NCBI GenBank assembly: GCA_964304625.1
Contig: OZ199838.1
Span: 8,081,550-8,145,549, forward strand
DNA: 64,000 bases
Origin: Kudoa neothunni
Taxonomy: Eukaryota; Animalia; Cnidaria
Reading direction: 5' to 3'
Shown here: piece by piece, positions 1-13,800 of the stretch
How positions within the stretch are numbered: the stretch's first letter is position 1
Layout: the number at the start of each line of letters is the position of its first letter
Made by a program: the position numbers and the translations under genes
The notes under the pieces: model-generated
Database searches by the model: none
What the model was told of the DNA's origin: nothing
The model's input: only the letters and a program-made list of their open reading frames with translations

Positions 1-1969
1 ATGTATTTTTTCCGTGGTAATTTTATGTTTTCGTTGGTATTGTTTGGAGTGGGATCAACATTTGGGCGGCCTCGTTTACGATTTTGTCTGGATAATTGAT
101 TTTTATATAACGATGATTAACAAATTGAGTATGTAAAGGATAGCAGATCAAGAGTTTCCGCTTTGGAGGTATTTCCCATTTTGCACTATCATTTATATAG
201 CAACCATGAATTGGTTATCGCTGTATTGATACCCCCACAAAATTCGCATGTAGAATTTTCTGTACTTGTGACTCAATCTATAAATTGACATTAACATGTC
301 AGACATGTCAACATCTCCCATATTCTTGTTGTATTCTGATACGACAGCTGGACAATTTACTTTAACTCGCTTCTTTTGGCGCCTATCAAATCTGAATAAA
401 GTTGTTAAAGGTTCAATAGCAGAATGAGTTGATGATAACGTCACGACTGAATCATCGTACCGTCGAGTCAACACTAAACTTTCATTAGAACTTTGGGCAA
501 AATCAAAAGCACCACGTTCTTTCTTCATTAGCTCTTTTTTGGAAGCAAAGGACATCCTTTCATTCGATTATTCCGGATGGTTCCCACAGAATAAATGCCA
601 CTTTTTTCAATATTATTTGCATCTTGAATGACGTAAACCAATTATCAAGGTACACTAGAAAATTTCTGTTTCTAGGAAGATGCTCACATAACTAGATAAC
701 ATAATCTCAAGAACTTAAGCCATAACTTACAGCGACCATAGGAGGTTTACCATCTTAAAAACTAAAGTTATAAACCATCCCACCTCTTCCACATAATGCA
801 AAAACTTTAAACCCCGATTTTGTAGGTTTATTTGGGACATATTGTTTTGCTCTACATTTACCATTGAATGGAATCATCTGTTCATCCGACGAATTGATAG
901 TTTCAGAACTGATTTTTAAAAGCGGCATTCTCAAATGTTCCAAAAAGGGTCAAATTTTTGCAAATCGATCAAAGCATCGAGAAGATTGATCATTTGTAAT
1001 ATTTTTGTTGTCGTTAAAATGTAAATATTTTGATATCTGCTCGAATCTATCTCTCGAAAAGCCATTAGAAATGGGGGGGGGGGGGGGGTAATTAAAATAT
1101 TTAGACCAATAACATCTGTAACGGGGCGTTCGAACAATCCCCATCAAGATCAGTACTCCAAAGTTAGCTTTCGATTTCCGGAACAGAGGTTCTAAAGTTA
1201 GAATCATTCTGGATTGCGTATCGATTTGATTCGGCAACAATCAATTCAAGCAGTTCATTATGGAATAATCTATCAAAATAATCTATGGAATAAATTAACC
1301 CCTTTAAATTTTCAAAATGATCGTTATCGTTGGACAATTGCTGTGGCAAACCCATTTTGCTCAAGGTTTTTTTCCATTTTATTTTGGAATTAATTTTGGA
1401 ATCATCTGATGACACACATTCTTCTCTTTTCATACTTGATGATAGAATCACTGGATCATCGTAAGAATACGTATCTGGTTCAGATATGTCAGCACCAGTT
1501 AGGCTAATGATTTCTGATAATTCGTTTTCACTTCCATCATTATTAGTCCGAATGTCAGGATCCATTGTGGCTAATCCAAATCCAGTCCATGAGTGCCGGG
1601 TGTCCGGTATACGGACACGTGTTAAACATTGTATTATTTCAAAAATCATGCACCTGATTCGTTTACAAATCTATCTATTTAATGAAATTGATTATTTGCA
1701 TTACGTCAAATTTTTATTTTGGTAAATCATGAAAACCCTAAATGTTATGATCAAATTCTTTTGAATGCTGCAATGGTATAGTGGTTCTAACTTTAAATGC
1801 TTAATTTAATCATTAACATGTTTAGTGATAATTGTGAAATCTATTAATAAGAAACAACTAATTTAATATATTATACCGATATTTATTACCTTACGAAATT
1901 TCGTTTAAGTAAATTTCAGAATTAGAGACAAGTTGCTGTCCTGTATACCGGACATCCGGCACGAAAGGG
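1..1969 (-). mobile_element. Decayed piggyBac DNA transposon, truncated by the window start
   Basis: Frameshifted - strand ORFs (193-555, 755-943, 950-1240, 1164-1649) carry piggyBac motifs: SDEQMIPFNGKCRAKQYVPNKPTKSGFK and YNKNMGDVDMSD. The terminus ...GAAAGGG at 1969 is followed by TTAA (1970-1973). A subterminal 25-bp inverted repeat pairs 1593-1617 with 1937-1962. Confidence 0.9.
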
Positions 1970-2221
1970 TTAAGAAATTAATTACGAACGAAACAATTTT
2001 TAATATCTATTTAATAGGGAATGATATATATTTGTTATTAAACCCCATTATTTAAAAAAAGACTAAACTAGTTTAATTTAACTTTTTAAATGTTTCGGCA
2101 ATCATCGTTAATAGCCGGAGATATTATAATTGTAACGTTTTCCAATATTTTATCGAGTTTTCTTTTATTCTTTACCAAATTACTCATATCATTTTTCTCC
2201 ATAATTCACGCCAAAAAATGT

Positions 2222-2285
2222 AGGGTCCACTGGACCTCAAAAGAAGGAACGCGTAAAGTCGATTTTCAGGCACTCGGAAGGTTAA
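2222..2285. mobile_element. Isolated piggyBac-type terminus remnant
   Basis: A palindromic GGTCCACTGGACC motif is followed ~45 bp later by ...CTCGGAAGG-TTAA, the same layout as the long-spacer ends of the other piggyBacs here. No partner end was found. Confidence 0.4.
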
Positions 2286-2314
2286 CATTAAAAAATAAAA
2301 ATTGTTTGTATTTA

Positions 2315-4124
2315 TATATAAAGTCTCGTTATTGCGTGGTTTTAGTAACCCGTCTATTTAAAAATTGAAGTATTTTTTCACGATGTCCCGTTAAAAGCAT
2401 GATAAATAAGAGGAAAGAGAAATCATTGATTATTATAATTAGATAAAAATATTGAAAGTTGTCGAAAAAAATCACAACTTCTGAGTTTAAATTGAATGAT
2501 ATGGTGATCTATGTTGAATATTAATACATTGTCACGTTTAAGGTCATTTAAAAATTGATAGTATTCGTTCACACGAAGATAAATTCAAAAACACGGATAT
2601 TGAAACTAAAAAAAGAACACATTTTTCTGGAAAATTAAAAATATAGATGGCGAGCTGTGTGATTGGCTTGTTAAATAGTAGTCGAATGATAATGTTCCGC
2701 TGAGATATGTTATTGTCGAAATTGCTTTATATATTGTAGATAAAAAGAAATTTCCAATTTAAAGTCTAGTAAGAGTGGTTTCGAGAGTCTACGGCAAGAT
2801 ATGGGCTAGCTCTCATAATATTTCATGGTGAGGCTACGAATACAGATATTTCATCTCTTGACTCATAGACTGTTGAAAACATTAATTTGGTTACGGCATA
2901 TAGTCCTAAAGACGTTATAAACATTAACGCAACTGCTCTTCTTTTATGAGCAGTTACAAAACGTTAGTTATGTTTTAAAGGACGAAGTCGGAATATAATG
3001 CAAAAAATATCAAAAAAAGAATGAATGTTTTACTGTCACTCTTTTTCAAATAGGGGTAAACTTTCATCAGTTTTTACTGGTAAATTTCAGTCCTAGACGT
3101 TTCAACTGAGTTAAATATCTACCGCGTGAGTATTATTCAAAAAAACACATGGATGATGTGTGGTATATTTATAAACATAATTATAAAGTTGAATCAAAGA
3201 ATGATAGATGAGAACAGAAAAGTTTTAATTTTGTTGGATCAATATCCTCTTCATCCCAAAAATATTAATTTTTTAAATGTCGAAATTTTTTTCCCATCAA
3301 AACAACAACTAATATTCTACAAAACTTAATTTAGGCATCATCAAATGCATTCAAAGTAGGGCAAGGATACAATGACAAAGCACACGGTTTTATGTGAAGC
3401 TTTTATCATTGAAAAATAAACATTACTAAATTCAATCACGCCATCGATTAAACCTTGGGAGAGTATTATACCAAAAATTATATTTAATTGTTTTAAAAAT
3501 TAAGAATGTTTGGTAGTAATATATAAAACTGTAATAATAAAGTTATACCAATTTATAGAACAAGATGATTTAAGAAAGTTATCCCAAGTCAGAAACAGTT
3601 CACAAAGTAATATTTTATGTATACATAATTAATCGTTTTAATGAATTCGAAGTTTACGAAAATATATTTGACGATGATAATGCTGCAACATGTGAGGATC
3701 AAAATCATGCGGACTTATTGCTCATAATGGTTAATCTGATGATATCAAACCAATTATTAAAAAAGTCGAAATTTTAATCAAATGAATAAAAAATATAGTT
3801 AAAATTTTAATTCCAGAGGTTCCATCTGGATTTCTTGATTTATATCCCACAACGGACAGAATTTAAAAAATATCAATAGAAAGATTTCGACATATAAAAA
3901 TCACAAGATTTTTTGGCAAAATTTAATAACTCTTCCATAATTGAACTCTATGCTATCTGCGTTTTAACAAAGTTTGTTTGTAGGAATAATCATCAAACGT
4001 AAGCACATGAAAATCGTATTTTACAGTGTGACGTGCACGCAAGAAACTGGATATTGCGTAAAAACTTTTTATCGCGTAGGTTTTTGCTGGTCCCAAAAAC
4101 CCACACAACATTCAATCTCGACTG
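2315..4124 (+). mobile_element. Heavily decayed Tigger/pogo (DDE_1) transposon
   Basis: ORF 3126-3329 contains ENRKVLILLDQYPLHP, plus degenerate HGEA and YN-NATAL remnants. The right end reads ...TCTCGACTG-TA at 4124. The left end is approximate. Confidence 0.7.
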
Positions 4125-4232
4125 TATATTTTTTTAAGAAAAACAAAAAATATAACGTGAAAAGGTTAAATCACAATACGCGCAGTTCATAAAAATTAAA
4201 GTCAACGGAAAATTAACAGTTTTCACAAAAAA

Positions 4233-4775
4233 CTAAGATATGTTTGTCTCTTTTTTATTGACGTCGTCAAAACAGTCATCTGTAAGGAATGCGTAACGAT
4301 TACCTTTGATAATTGCAGTAATCGCATGAATCCGCTATAGAATAATTAAATTTATTAAGACACTAAACACATGTACGTTAACTAGATTTTCACCATTTTC
4401 CTTGCAAACGAACGTCGATTTCAGCCCGATTTCCTGAACAAATAACTCGCATGCAGTATCCATCAATTTTAAGGCCTACAAAAAATTATTTGCACCACTG
4501 AGATGAAATTACATTGGCGGAAATATGAAGATTTCCATGTTTTTGATTCATAATTGCTCTTATTCGTTCTCTAGAGAAATTTCCCTTCGATTCGCCATCA
4601 TTCTAAAGAAATTTGCATAAACTTTTGAATTAATGTACTATACCGCTGATGCTTCAAAGGCAGCATCAGACCAATACTGCTCTAAAAGCTGATCAATGTT
4701 AATCTCGTCCTAAGAATTTAAAAATTTTATTTATGAACGAAGGAAAATGTTCGGCGCACAAACCTCCCAATTCAT
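4233..4775 (-). CDS. Divergent NF-YC-like (H2A-type histone-fold) protein, 122 aa, 5 exons
   Basis: Exons 4775-4764, 4709-4644, 4602-4513, 4475-4377 and 4334-4233 join via GT-AG introns of 54, 41, 37 and 42 bp. Product: MNWEDEINIDQLLEQYWSDAAFEASANDGESKGNFSRERIRAIMNQKHGNLHISANALKLMDTACELFVQEIGLKSTFVCKENGENLVNRIHAITAIIKGNRYAFLTDDCF... This fits the NF-YC pattern L..FW / RIKKIM...ISA.A....A.ELF..E / AI....FDFL.D. Confidence 0.75.
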
Positions 4776-4841
4776 AGTTCATTGTCACTTAAACGCACAT
4801 GCGCACAAATAAAAACACTAATGCATACACACAATATGTTG

Positions 4842-7800
4842 CTACAACAAAGGAATCATAAAGGTTTTAAAAACAGAATTCTCGTCATCTGTTTGCTGCC
4901 TTGGGTTTAATTGATGTTCTGGGAGTACATTCCAACAATACGTCAATGCATACAATGAACTGTCATAATCTGGCTCTTTGTAGACTCTCACCTTTTCGAA
5001 GATGCTAAATAATCGTTAAATAATATTATATCTTTAATTAATTAATTAATTTAAATGTATAAGATGTATTATTTTCTTGAATATTGAAATGTTAAAACCT
5101 TTATTTGAAAATATAGAATTTATTAAAAGTGGGAAGTCCATTATACGAATTATTAACATCAAACAATAGAGGATAATGCTAATAAAGTTCTATTTCTCAT
5201 TTAAATGCGAATAAAAATTATATTTAATAACGAATAATCACGTTAAATTAAGAGAAATTATATCGTGTACACATTTATTCACTAGAGCAATATACAGTAT
5301 CAGTATATGTGGATATTTGCACCTTGGAATTTTTATTTTTATATATTTTAGGGGGAACAAGAAATAGAACTATTTATTAATTTATAAAATAGTTACACTT
5401 TTTAAGTTTATTTTATTTAAGGTAAAAAATGCATAATTCGAACGCTAGAGTGTTCCGCTAAACACTTGAATCAAATAAGTAATAGGGATTATTGAATCAT
5501 TTATTCGAAGACATTCAAGAGGATTATCATAATAACGAGAGCAAGTATTGTATAAAAATATAATTACAGTCGTGACTCGACACTGCGTAATTTAAGAAAG
5601 ATAAGCATTATACATTTTAATTAACAAAATTAAACAATTAAATCATATTCGATATGCTTAATAGGATTATTATGAAAAGAAATTATTATTTTGAAGAAGC
5701 GGATATACAATAAAATAGGAAAAACCTTGTGTCTAGCTATTTTGTGTAACTCATTTTCCACATTTTAATCCCTTTAATCCATTGGTTGCAGTATCGTAAA
5801 CATGGTAAGATATCAAAGAACTATAGAAGATCAAATTAAAATAATTGATTACTATAATTATCTTAAGTCTATAGCTGGTGCTAAATCTATGATTGTAAAA
5901 CATTTCGGTTTACCAAGTGATTCTAACCTAAATATTTTTCGGTAATTTAAAATAGGCCATTCTACTCTTGATAGAATCTTTTCAAAACAAGATGAAATTA
6001 CAAATTCAAGTATTGCAATATCTAGAAAAAGATTTAAACCCGGAAAATATGAAAATCTTGAAAATAACCTTTACAACTTGATAGTTTCAATTCGAGATAA
6101 AAATAAACTATTATCTGGGTTAATAATTATCGAAAAGTTTCTGTTATTTCCCAGGATATTAGAATCAACAATTTTAATGTAAGAAGGGATGGTTTAATAA
6201 TTTCAGGGTGCGTTATGGTCTGAAAAGTTATAAATTACACGGAGAAGCTGGAAGTGCCGACTTCAAATGTATTTATGAATGGATGGGCAAGTCGTCCGAG
6301 ATTTTGTCAAGATACAACCCAGAAAACATATTAAATTTGGATGAGACTGGTCTTTATTATGAACAGTTGATACAACGTACATACATTACTAAAAATGAAC
6401 AAAACGTAAAAGGTGTAAAACAATCCAAAAAGCGTGTTACGGTTTTGGTCGCTGTCTTAATGACAGGAGAAAAATTTTCATTACATGTAATAGGAAAATT
6501 TAAGAAACCTCGCTGTTTTAAGGGAATTAAAGAGTTTCCAATTGAGTATCATTCCCAAGCGAATGACTGAATGTCCTCAGAGATGAACCATAATCTCATT
6601 AAAGAAAACAGAAAGGTTTTAATTTTATTGGATCAATGCCCATCTCATCCAAAATCGATCGATAATTTGGAAAACATCGAGCTTCTATTTCTGCCGAAAA
6701 ACATTACCAGTGTGGTGCAACCAATGGATCTGGGAATAATTCATAGTTTAAAATAAAATTATAGAAAACTATTATGCCAAGATATTATATTTGAAGAGGA
6801 TGACCAAGATAGATTTAAATAAACTGTGCTCGATTGTTTAAATACTCTAAAATTGGCTTGGGAAGTGGTTACGGTATCAATTATTGGTAATTGTTTTAAT
6901 AAGTCGCCTATTTTCAAAAGTATATTATCGACTATTTCTATTGAAAAATTAAGATAAGCAAATTTTAATCGAATGCGAGGATGAAATAACATTAGAAGGT
7001 AACATAGAAGAATTTTAAAAATTACATCTAGATGAGGGTGAGCAGTGTAAAGTCACTGTGTGTAGTGAAGATCCTGATTTTGAACAAAAAGATGAATTCG
7101 CCGCAACATCTCAATTAAAAAGTGCAATTAATACATTAAGAAAAGCGTTTATCATCGATAATCCTAAAACCCTGTTTTCTCTGCGTCCAGTTATGGGTGT
7201 TGTACATGAAATTATTAGTAATAGAACCAAAACCCATAAAATTGGTGAGTTCTTTCGTAAGAAACGTTAAAATAGTAAACAGTATGCGTGCGTGGATGTC
7301 TCGATATTGCGTAATTTTTTCCCGGTCCCGAATTGTTACGCAATATCGAAACATTACTGTACTATGAAAAGTTGGGAAATTATTGAATACTTCAACATTT
7401 ATTCTAACCCTGCAAGGCTGTATGTATTATGATTAATTATAGAATGTCGGTACAGTAAACTCTCGACTCAAGTAGCTCAATACTATGTAATTTGCGATTT
7501 TTGAAATTATTATCTAGTAACTTTAAGAAACAGGTTAAACAGTCCATAAAAATGAAATTTTTCAAGTGGGAATCATTAATTGAATTTAACCCTAATGTCG
7601 CCAATAGATTTAATGTTGATATAATTGTCTTTGATGCTTCATAAAATTTTTGTTTGATTTTAGACTCTTATTTACAGAATGCAAAATTCCAAGTCGTGAA
7701 ATGGAAAAATACAATAAATATGCAAATTCAACTTCTTTAACAAAAAGACAACTGTAAAAAACCCTTGGGTTGCATATATGCGAAAATAAATGAATGAAAA

Positions 7801-10800
7801 TTTTTCTACAAAAAGGCCTCTACATTTTTGGATTAAAAGCTCACTAGGTTAGCGGATTTTACTTTAATATTAATTAATATAATAATTATACAACATTGAT
7901 GACAAACTAACTTAACAGAATGAGATGACCACGTAGGAAGAGAAAATAGAAAATTAGTTATAAGAAAAATTAAAAATTCTTTAATAATAAAAATATAAAG
8001 ATTAAGCATTTTTAAAACGTGACAAAACACACTCAAATTATATTTATTCTGCAATAATTCTAGTATATTATTATAATTATATATTTCAAAAAGGTAAAAT
8101 TAGTAACATGTCAGAAAATACATAAATTGATGGTTTAATAGTAACAAATTTATAGAGTTCGATTGTTCATACGCCACCTCTCATTATTTTATAAAACGAT
8201 CATTCTGATGCCAAATTTTGCACAATACCGTGTGTTCAGTGTAACCATTTTGGCCAATTTAGTGATTACATTTGTTTTTTTATAGTGCATAATACTTCAT
8301 GTAGCGTTTCAAAATTTAATTTAACGTAGTAAGAAAAGTGAAATAATTGTAATATGCGGATGTAAAGTCGGTGCTTTTAATCCTTCCGGGACGAAGGGGG
8401 TGCATTATGCACCCCAATTTTTTTATTATCAAAAATTTCCCTTTTTACACGTTAAGAATCTGATTCATATTTTGTCAAATCTCACAATTTTATTAATATT
8501 TTTATCTTATAAATTTAAAATAGATAATTTGAAAGAAATTGGTTTAATATTACTTGTTAAAATGACGCAGGTTATCCTTTACCTTCAAAAATTATAAATG
8601 ATGATAAGTAATGGTTACTACATAGTATAAAATTTATTTTTACATATAAAGCACTGATTAAATTAAAATGAAATACGTTAAAAACCTAAGAAATCATATT
8701 TATAACTTTACCGACCGAGCCTTATGGACCATAGGATTATTTTCAAAAACGCACGAGTGGTAACGTTGTCATTCGGGTTCTGCAGGTGCATTTACGTTTG
8801 TATGAAAATTTGTTAATATTTAATTTTTCGATAAAGTTATGGTATCAGAAAATAGTTCAGATGATCTTATTGGAGATTTTAATAATAATGTATATGCTGA
8901 CAGTGACCTAGAATTTGAAGGTCGCAGGTCTGATGAATCCTCATATGATGATTTTACTGAATATTCTGGAATTTCAAATGACTCAGAAGTCGATGGTGAT
9001 GAAATATTGCATGGGATAACAACTAATAAATCAGGTTTCTAGTGGAAATATGGCTGCAAATCAAGAAAACGAACGAGGTGCCACAATCATGTTATCGATA
9101 AGCCTGGTCCCATAGGAAATTCAGGAAATATTTCGTCAATTTTATCTTCGTTCCAGCTGTTTTTTTCTGATTCTGTGTTAGAAAAAATTTTATTCTTCAC
9201 GAATAAGTACAGGCAATCAAGTACTCAGTATAAACATACAAATGCAATAACGATGGAAGAATTAATGGCCTTCCTTGGTGTTATGATTGCGTCTGGTCGT
9301 TGTAATGGATCAAGAATGTCCCTCAAACTCCTCTGGGAAACTCACCCCCTATTTTAGCAGCCTTTTTTTCAGCTGCAATATCGAGGGACCGATTCACCCT
9401 CATTTATCGGAGACTATCCGATTTGATGACAAATCAAGGAGAACACCAAGAACCGATAGCTCATATGACAAATTAGAACCTATCCGTGAGATTTTCGAGG
9501 AAATCAATATATCTTTTCGAGGAAATTTTTCACCCGGTTTACATTATAACCATTGATGACCGAATGGTAGGTTTCCGAGGTAAGTGTCCATTCCGTGTCT
9601 ACATAAAGAATAAACCCGTACGTTTTGGTATGAAACTTTGGGTTGCAGCCGATGTTGACACTTCATATTTGCTGAATGTGCAACCGTACATAGGAAGGAT
9701 GGGCAACGTATGCGAGACTAAACAAGGGGAAAGGGTTGTCAAATACCTCATGACTCCGTTTTTTGGTTCTGGGTGAGGATTGACAATTGACAATTTTTTC
9801 ACCTCCGTCCCCTTGGCATTATTTTTACTACAGAAAAATATTACACTTACTGGAACTTTGAGAAGAAACAACAGATATTTAGCTGATATTCTTCGAGATA
9901 TGACGAATCGTGATGAGCCATCGTCGAGATTTTGCTTCTCTGAAGACGTGACATTAGTGTCGTATATTCCCAAGAAAAATCGTAATGTTTTGTTATTGTC
10001 GACTGAAATCCATGACAGTTCGATCGAACCATCAGAAAGAAAATGCCCCGAAATTATTCTGAATTATAATCAGACCAAAGGGGGCGTTGACAATGGCGAT
10101 CGGATGACGCAACAATACAGCTGTGCTCGGACAACAAGAAGGTGGCCATTCAAGTTGTTTATGGACCTTATTGATATATCAACATTGAATTCTTATATGG
10201 ATGATGGATGTCGAGGTTCCCAGACTGGCGATCAAGTGGTCGAAGTCGGCGCCAATATTTTCTTCGGGAACTGGCAACTGAATTAATCAAGCCGAATGTT
10301 TTGAGACGTCAAAGTTTAGGACATACTTATCACTCTCATATTAAATTTGGATTCAACATATTTGACGAATACATCAAGGACGGTCAAACATCTATTTCTA
10401 ATGAAGAAACTTTAATCCCAGTACAGTCAAAATGTACACTTTGTCCAAGGAATATTGACAAGAAGTCCAGAGTTTCATGCTACACATGCAAGGAGGCAGC
10501 GTGCCATTCGCATCGAATTAAAAAAAAGTTATACAATGTCTTAGTTGTAATATGGAATCAAACTAATGTTCAAAAAGTAGTCCCATTTTAACAGATTTTT
10601 TAAATTATGGAATATTTTTTAGTTCAAAAGTCCATTTATGTATGGTATTCATCTCCTCGAGAATATAATGAAAATTACACAATGAATATATCATGTTTTA
10701 GTTAAAATTATAATAGCCAACTTATAAATTTTTTTAATTGAATATTTATTTTCGTGATTTCGGTGCTGCTTTGAAAATTCAACTTAACCTATTAATAATA

Positions 10801-13800
10801 ATAATAAATAATATAATACGTTTTGAAAGCTACAAGTGAAAATAAATCCTAAAATACTTAACTCATATCGTTAAGATTAGTATTTATATATGAAATTAAT
10901 TTTTTCTATTCAATCATCAGTATTTATCTATATTACATTTCGTTGTTACCAGGTTATAGAATCGGAAGCTACAACGCAACGATGATTATTAGGTAAGAAA
11001 GAATTCCCTGCTAATTTAATCTTATTATCCATCTATGGGATTAACGAGAATAATCGGTAGTTTACATAAACCTAGATGGCTCGACTCTCGGTGTCGATGT
11101 GAGAAAAACACTGAAGCCGAGAGCCGAATCTTCTAAGAATTTATAGAGCTTTATTGTTTTATTGAATATGTTTCGCTTGAATATTACGTTGATCCGTCGT
11201 TTCTTTAATGAATCGTTCTGATTACTTACATGCGTTTTTTTCTATAGAGCTATACTATTTTGACTTCTGGGTGGATCTTTTTAATATGTAAATAATTTTT
11301 AATCAAATTAAACGGTGTATTGCATCAATAAAGCGTAATAACATGAAAATTTTCTGGGGTGCATAATGCACCCCCTTCGCCCCCCCCCCCCCACGTTAGT
11401 TTTTTGAGCTCCGTGTTCCGAGGGTTAAATAATCAGAGTTTTAATTTTCATCAAAATTGACGCCCGGTTTGATTATCAATGAAAAAAATAAAATTCTCCA
11501 TTTATTACTATCATAATAAACATCAGGGGAAAAATTTGAAAGATATACAAGAGTTTAATAACATACTTATAGAATAGTGATTTTTAAGCGGGGTTAAATA
11601 TTAAATGATTAATTTCAACGATAAGCATTTGAATGCATTAAAATACATCATGTATGGTGTAGACGCCTAAAGCTTTCCGCCTAGCCTAAGGTTCTATCAC
11701 AGCAAATTTATAAAGCTTACACTACTAATAAACACACGAAAAAATTAATAAAATAAAATTATACGAAGAATAGCTAAATATGAATAATAATGATAAAAAT
11801 TTACCCATAATGGAGAAACAAAAAAAGTTATATTAAATAAAGGAAATGGCTGCTCTCATGGATCCATTTAGTCAGGTGTCACTAGTTTTGACTATATTTA
11901 ACTATTTCTGTCTCCTAATGGCAAAGCGATGAGTCAGAAATAGTTAAATATAGCATATTCCAAAAAAATGAATTGTTCATATAGTCCGCAATTAAGAGTT
12001 GATGGCTTAAAAATGGTCAACCCAACTGCGTGCATGTCGTTTAGGATAAAATAACCCCATGAGAATAAATGGACAATGCCTAAATTAAATGTGAACAACT
12101 TAATTTGAAAGCTTACATTTTAATCATGCGCTCTTACTAATAATAAATACAGAGAACAAAGATTTTAACCAAGTTTTAACTTAATAACAATATAAGGTTA
12201 TTATTTGAAGTTTTGTAAAGAACAAACCATTTCTAGTTTTAAATTTTCAGAAAAAGACCTTATAAGTTACGAATAAATGGTTAATGATTGATGTGATTAT
12301 CGACTTAGGCACATTACATTAAGAAATCAGCAACCAGCTGTGATTTTTTAATAAATTTAAAATTATTAAAAATTTAGACTTGTAATATGATGCTTATTTG
12401 TTTTATAATACTATAAAATTTTATTCAACGGAAAAATCAAAATTCATAGAAAAAAAGAAGTTACTTGCTTCTAATCTCTAGCCCCGTTTAAATCGCAAGC
12501 AGCTTTAACCAGCGTTACCAACCCAAATCGGACAAATCCAATTTTTTGGAAAAACTGAACTAATATTTAATTATTTGTATAAATATTAAGTTAATTTATA
12601 ATTAACTCAGAAATTTCAAATTTATGACATCATTTGGTCGATGTGTTGAAAAATTTCCTCATTAGAACAAGATTACCTAATGTAGATCACAACATTCTAC
12701 TTCTTCTAATGTTTTCGATAATTTTAAAAGAGAAAATGCTCTTTCCGAAGAAGCGTTAATCAGAGCCGGAGGAAGTAAAGATGTACCGTATTTTCCGGTA
12801 GAATTAAAATTAATTTGCCGATAAACAATGGCCAAAAAAACGATTGTTAATAATTTAATCAAACAAAATTTGTTTGTGAGCCAATTCACTTCCTTTAACT
12901 TCAAACAATTTTATTACAGTCTCTCGTTCGATTTTTGAATAACACGTATCAACTATACCTAGATGAGGTTTTATTTGCATGTGTGACCATTTATTCATTA
13001 CATTTAAGAAAAATTGGTCAAGTAAATAATATTTAGTTGATACTTAAAATTAGAATTTTTTGAAAATTAATAACAAACACCGGAAATGATAACTTAACAT
13101 TGGACTTCACCAACATCAGAGTCTTAAATTCAAACACAAAAATCTCTTCGTAATACAGTGCAACATCGCCCGTGCGTAACGCGCTCGTACGTAATGTGCT
13201 CGTTTGTAGTACTTAACTTATATTTGACTATGATTGGTTCAATGACATAAAAGGCGATGTTTTGAGATTTTTAATAAACTACATTAAATTTTTTAAAAAT
13301 TATTTTAATTATTGTAAATGTGAAAAACATCTATCGTGCGTAATGCATCGATTCTACGTAATCCAGTTGAAAAAAACGATTGTAAGTTGCACATCGCTCG
13401 TACATAATCATTAGTAAAATGAAGCCTACCATGCAGAGAAAGTACAGAAGCTTGGCTGGAAAATATGAAATTATTCAATTTTATGAGTCTATTCATGAAT
13501 TGAAAAGTTCAAAAAGAATGACGACGGATAAATTCGGTATCAAAACTATGTCAACATTAGATGCCATTTTAATAAGGAAGGAGGAAATTCTTAAGTCAGG
13601 GGCATAGGCCTGCTTAATTGTAGAAGAACTTTAAAAAAGGTGTTGATAATAGTGTTGACAATGATATTTATCGATGGATCCTCGAAATTGAGGAAAGGGT
13701 GGTTGTATCAAGTCAGAAAATATTATTGAAAAGACTAGAAGAATTGCATTGGAAAATCGTCGTTCCAGTGCTTACCTTAATCGTGGTTGGTTTCAACAAT

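Noticed and set aside
1073-1088. Poly-G tract (and poly-C near 11380-11392) as functional G-quadruplex elements
   Set aside because: These are simple homopolymer expansions inside dead piggyBacs with no independent support.
6208-10591. In-frame TGA/TAG at expected Trp or Arg positions in transposases, suggesting an alternative genetic code
   Set aside because: They co-occur with frameshifts and fit single transitions (TGG to TGA/TAG, CGA to TGA). The host genes and the intact Gag-Pol translate cleanly in the standard code.
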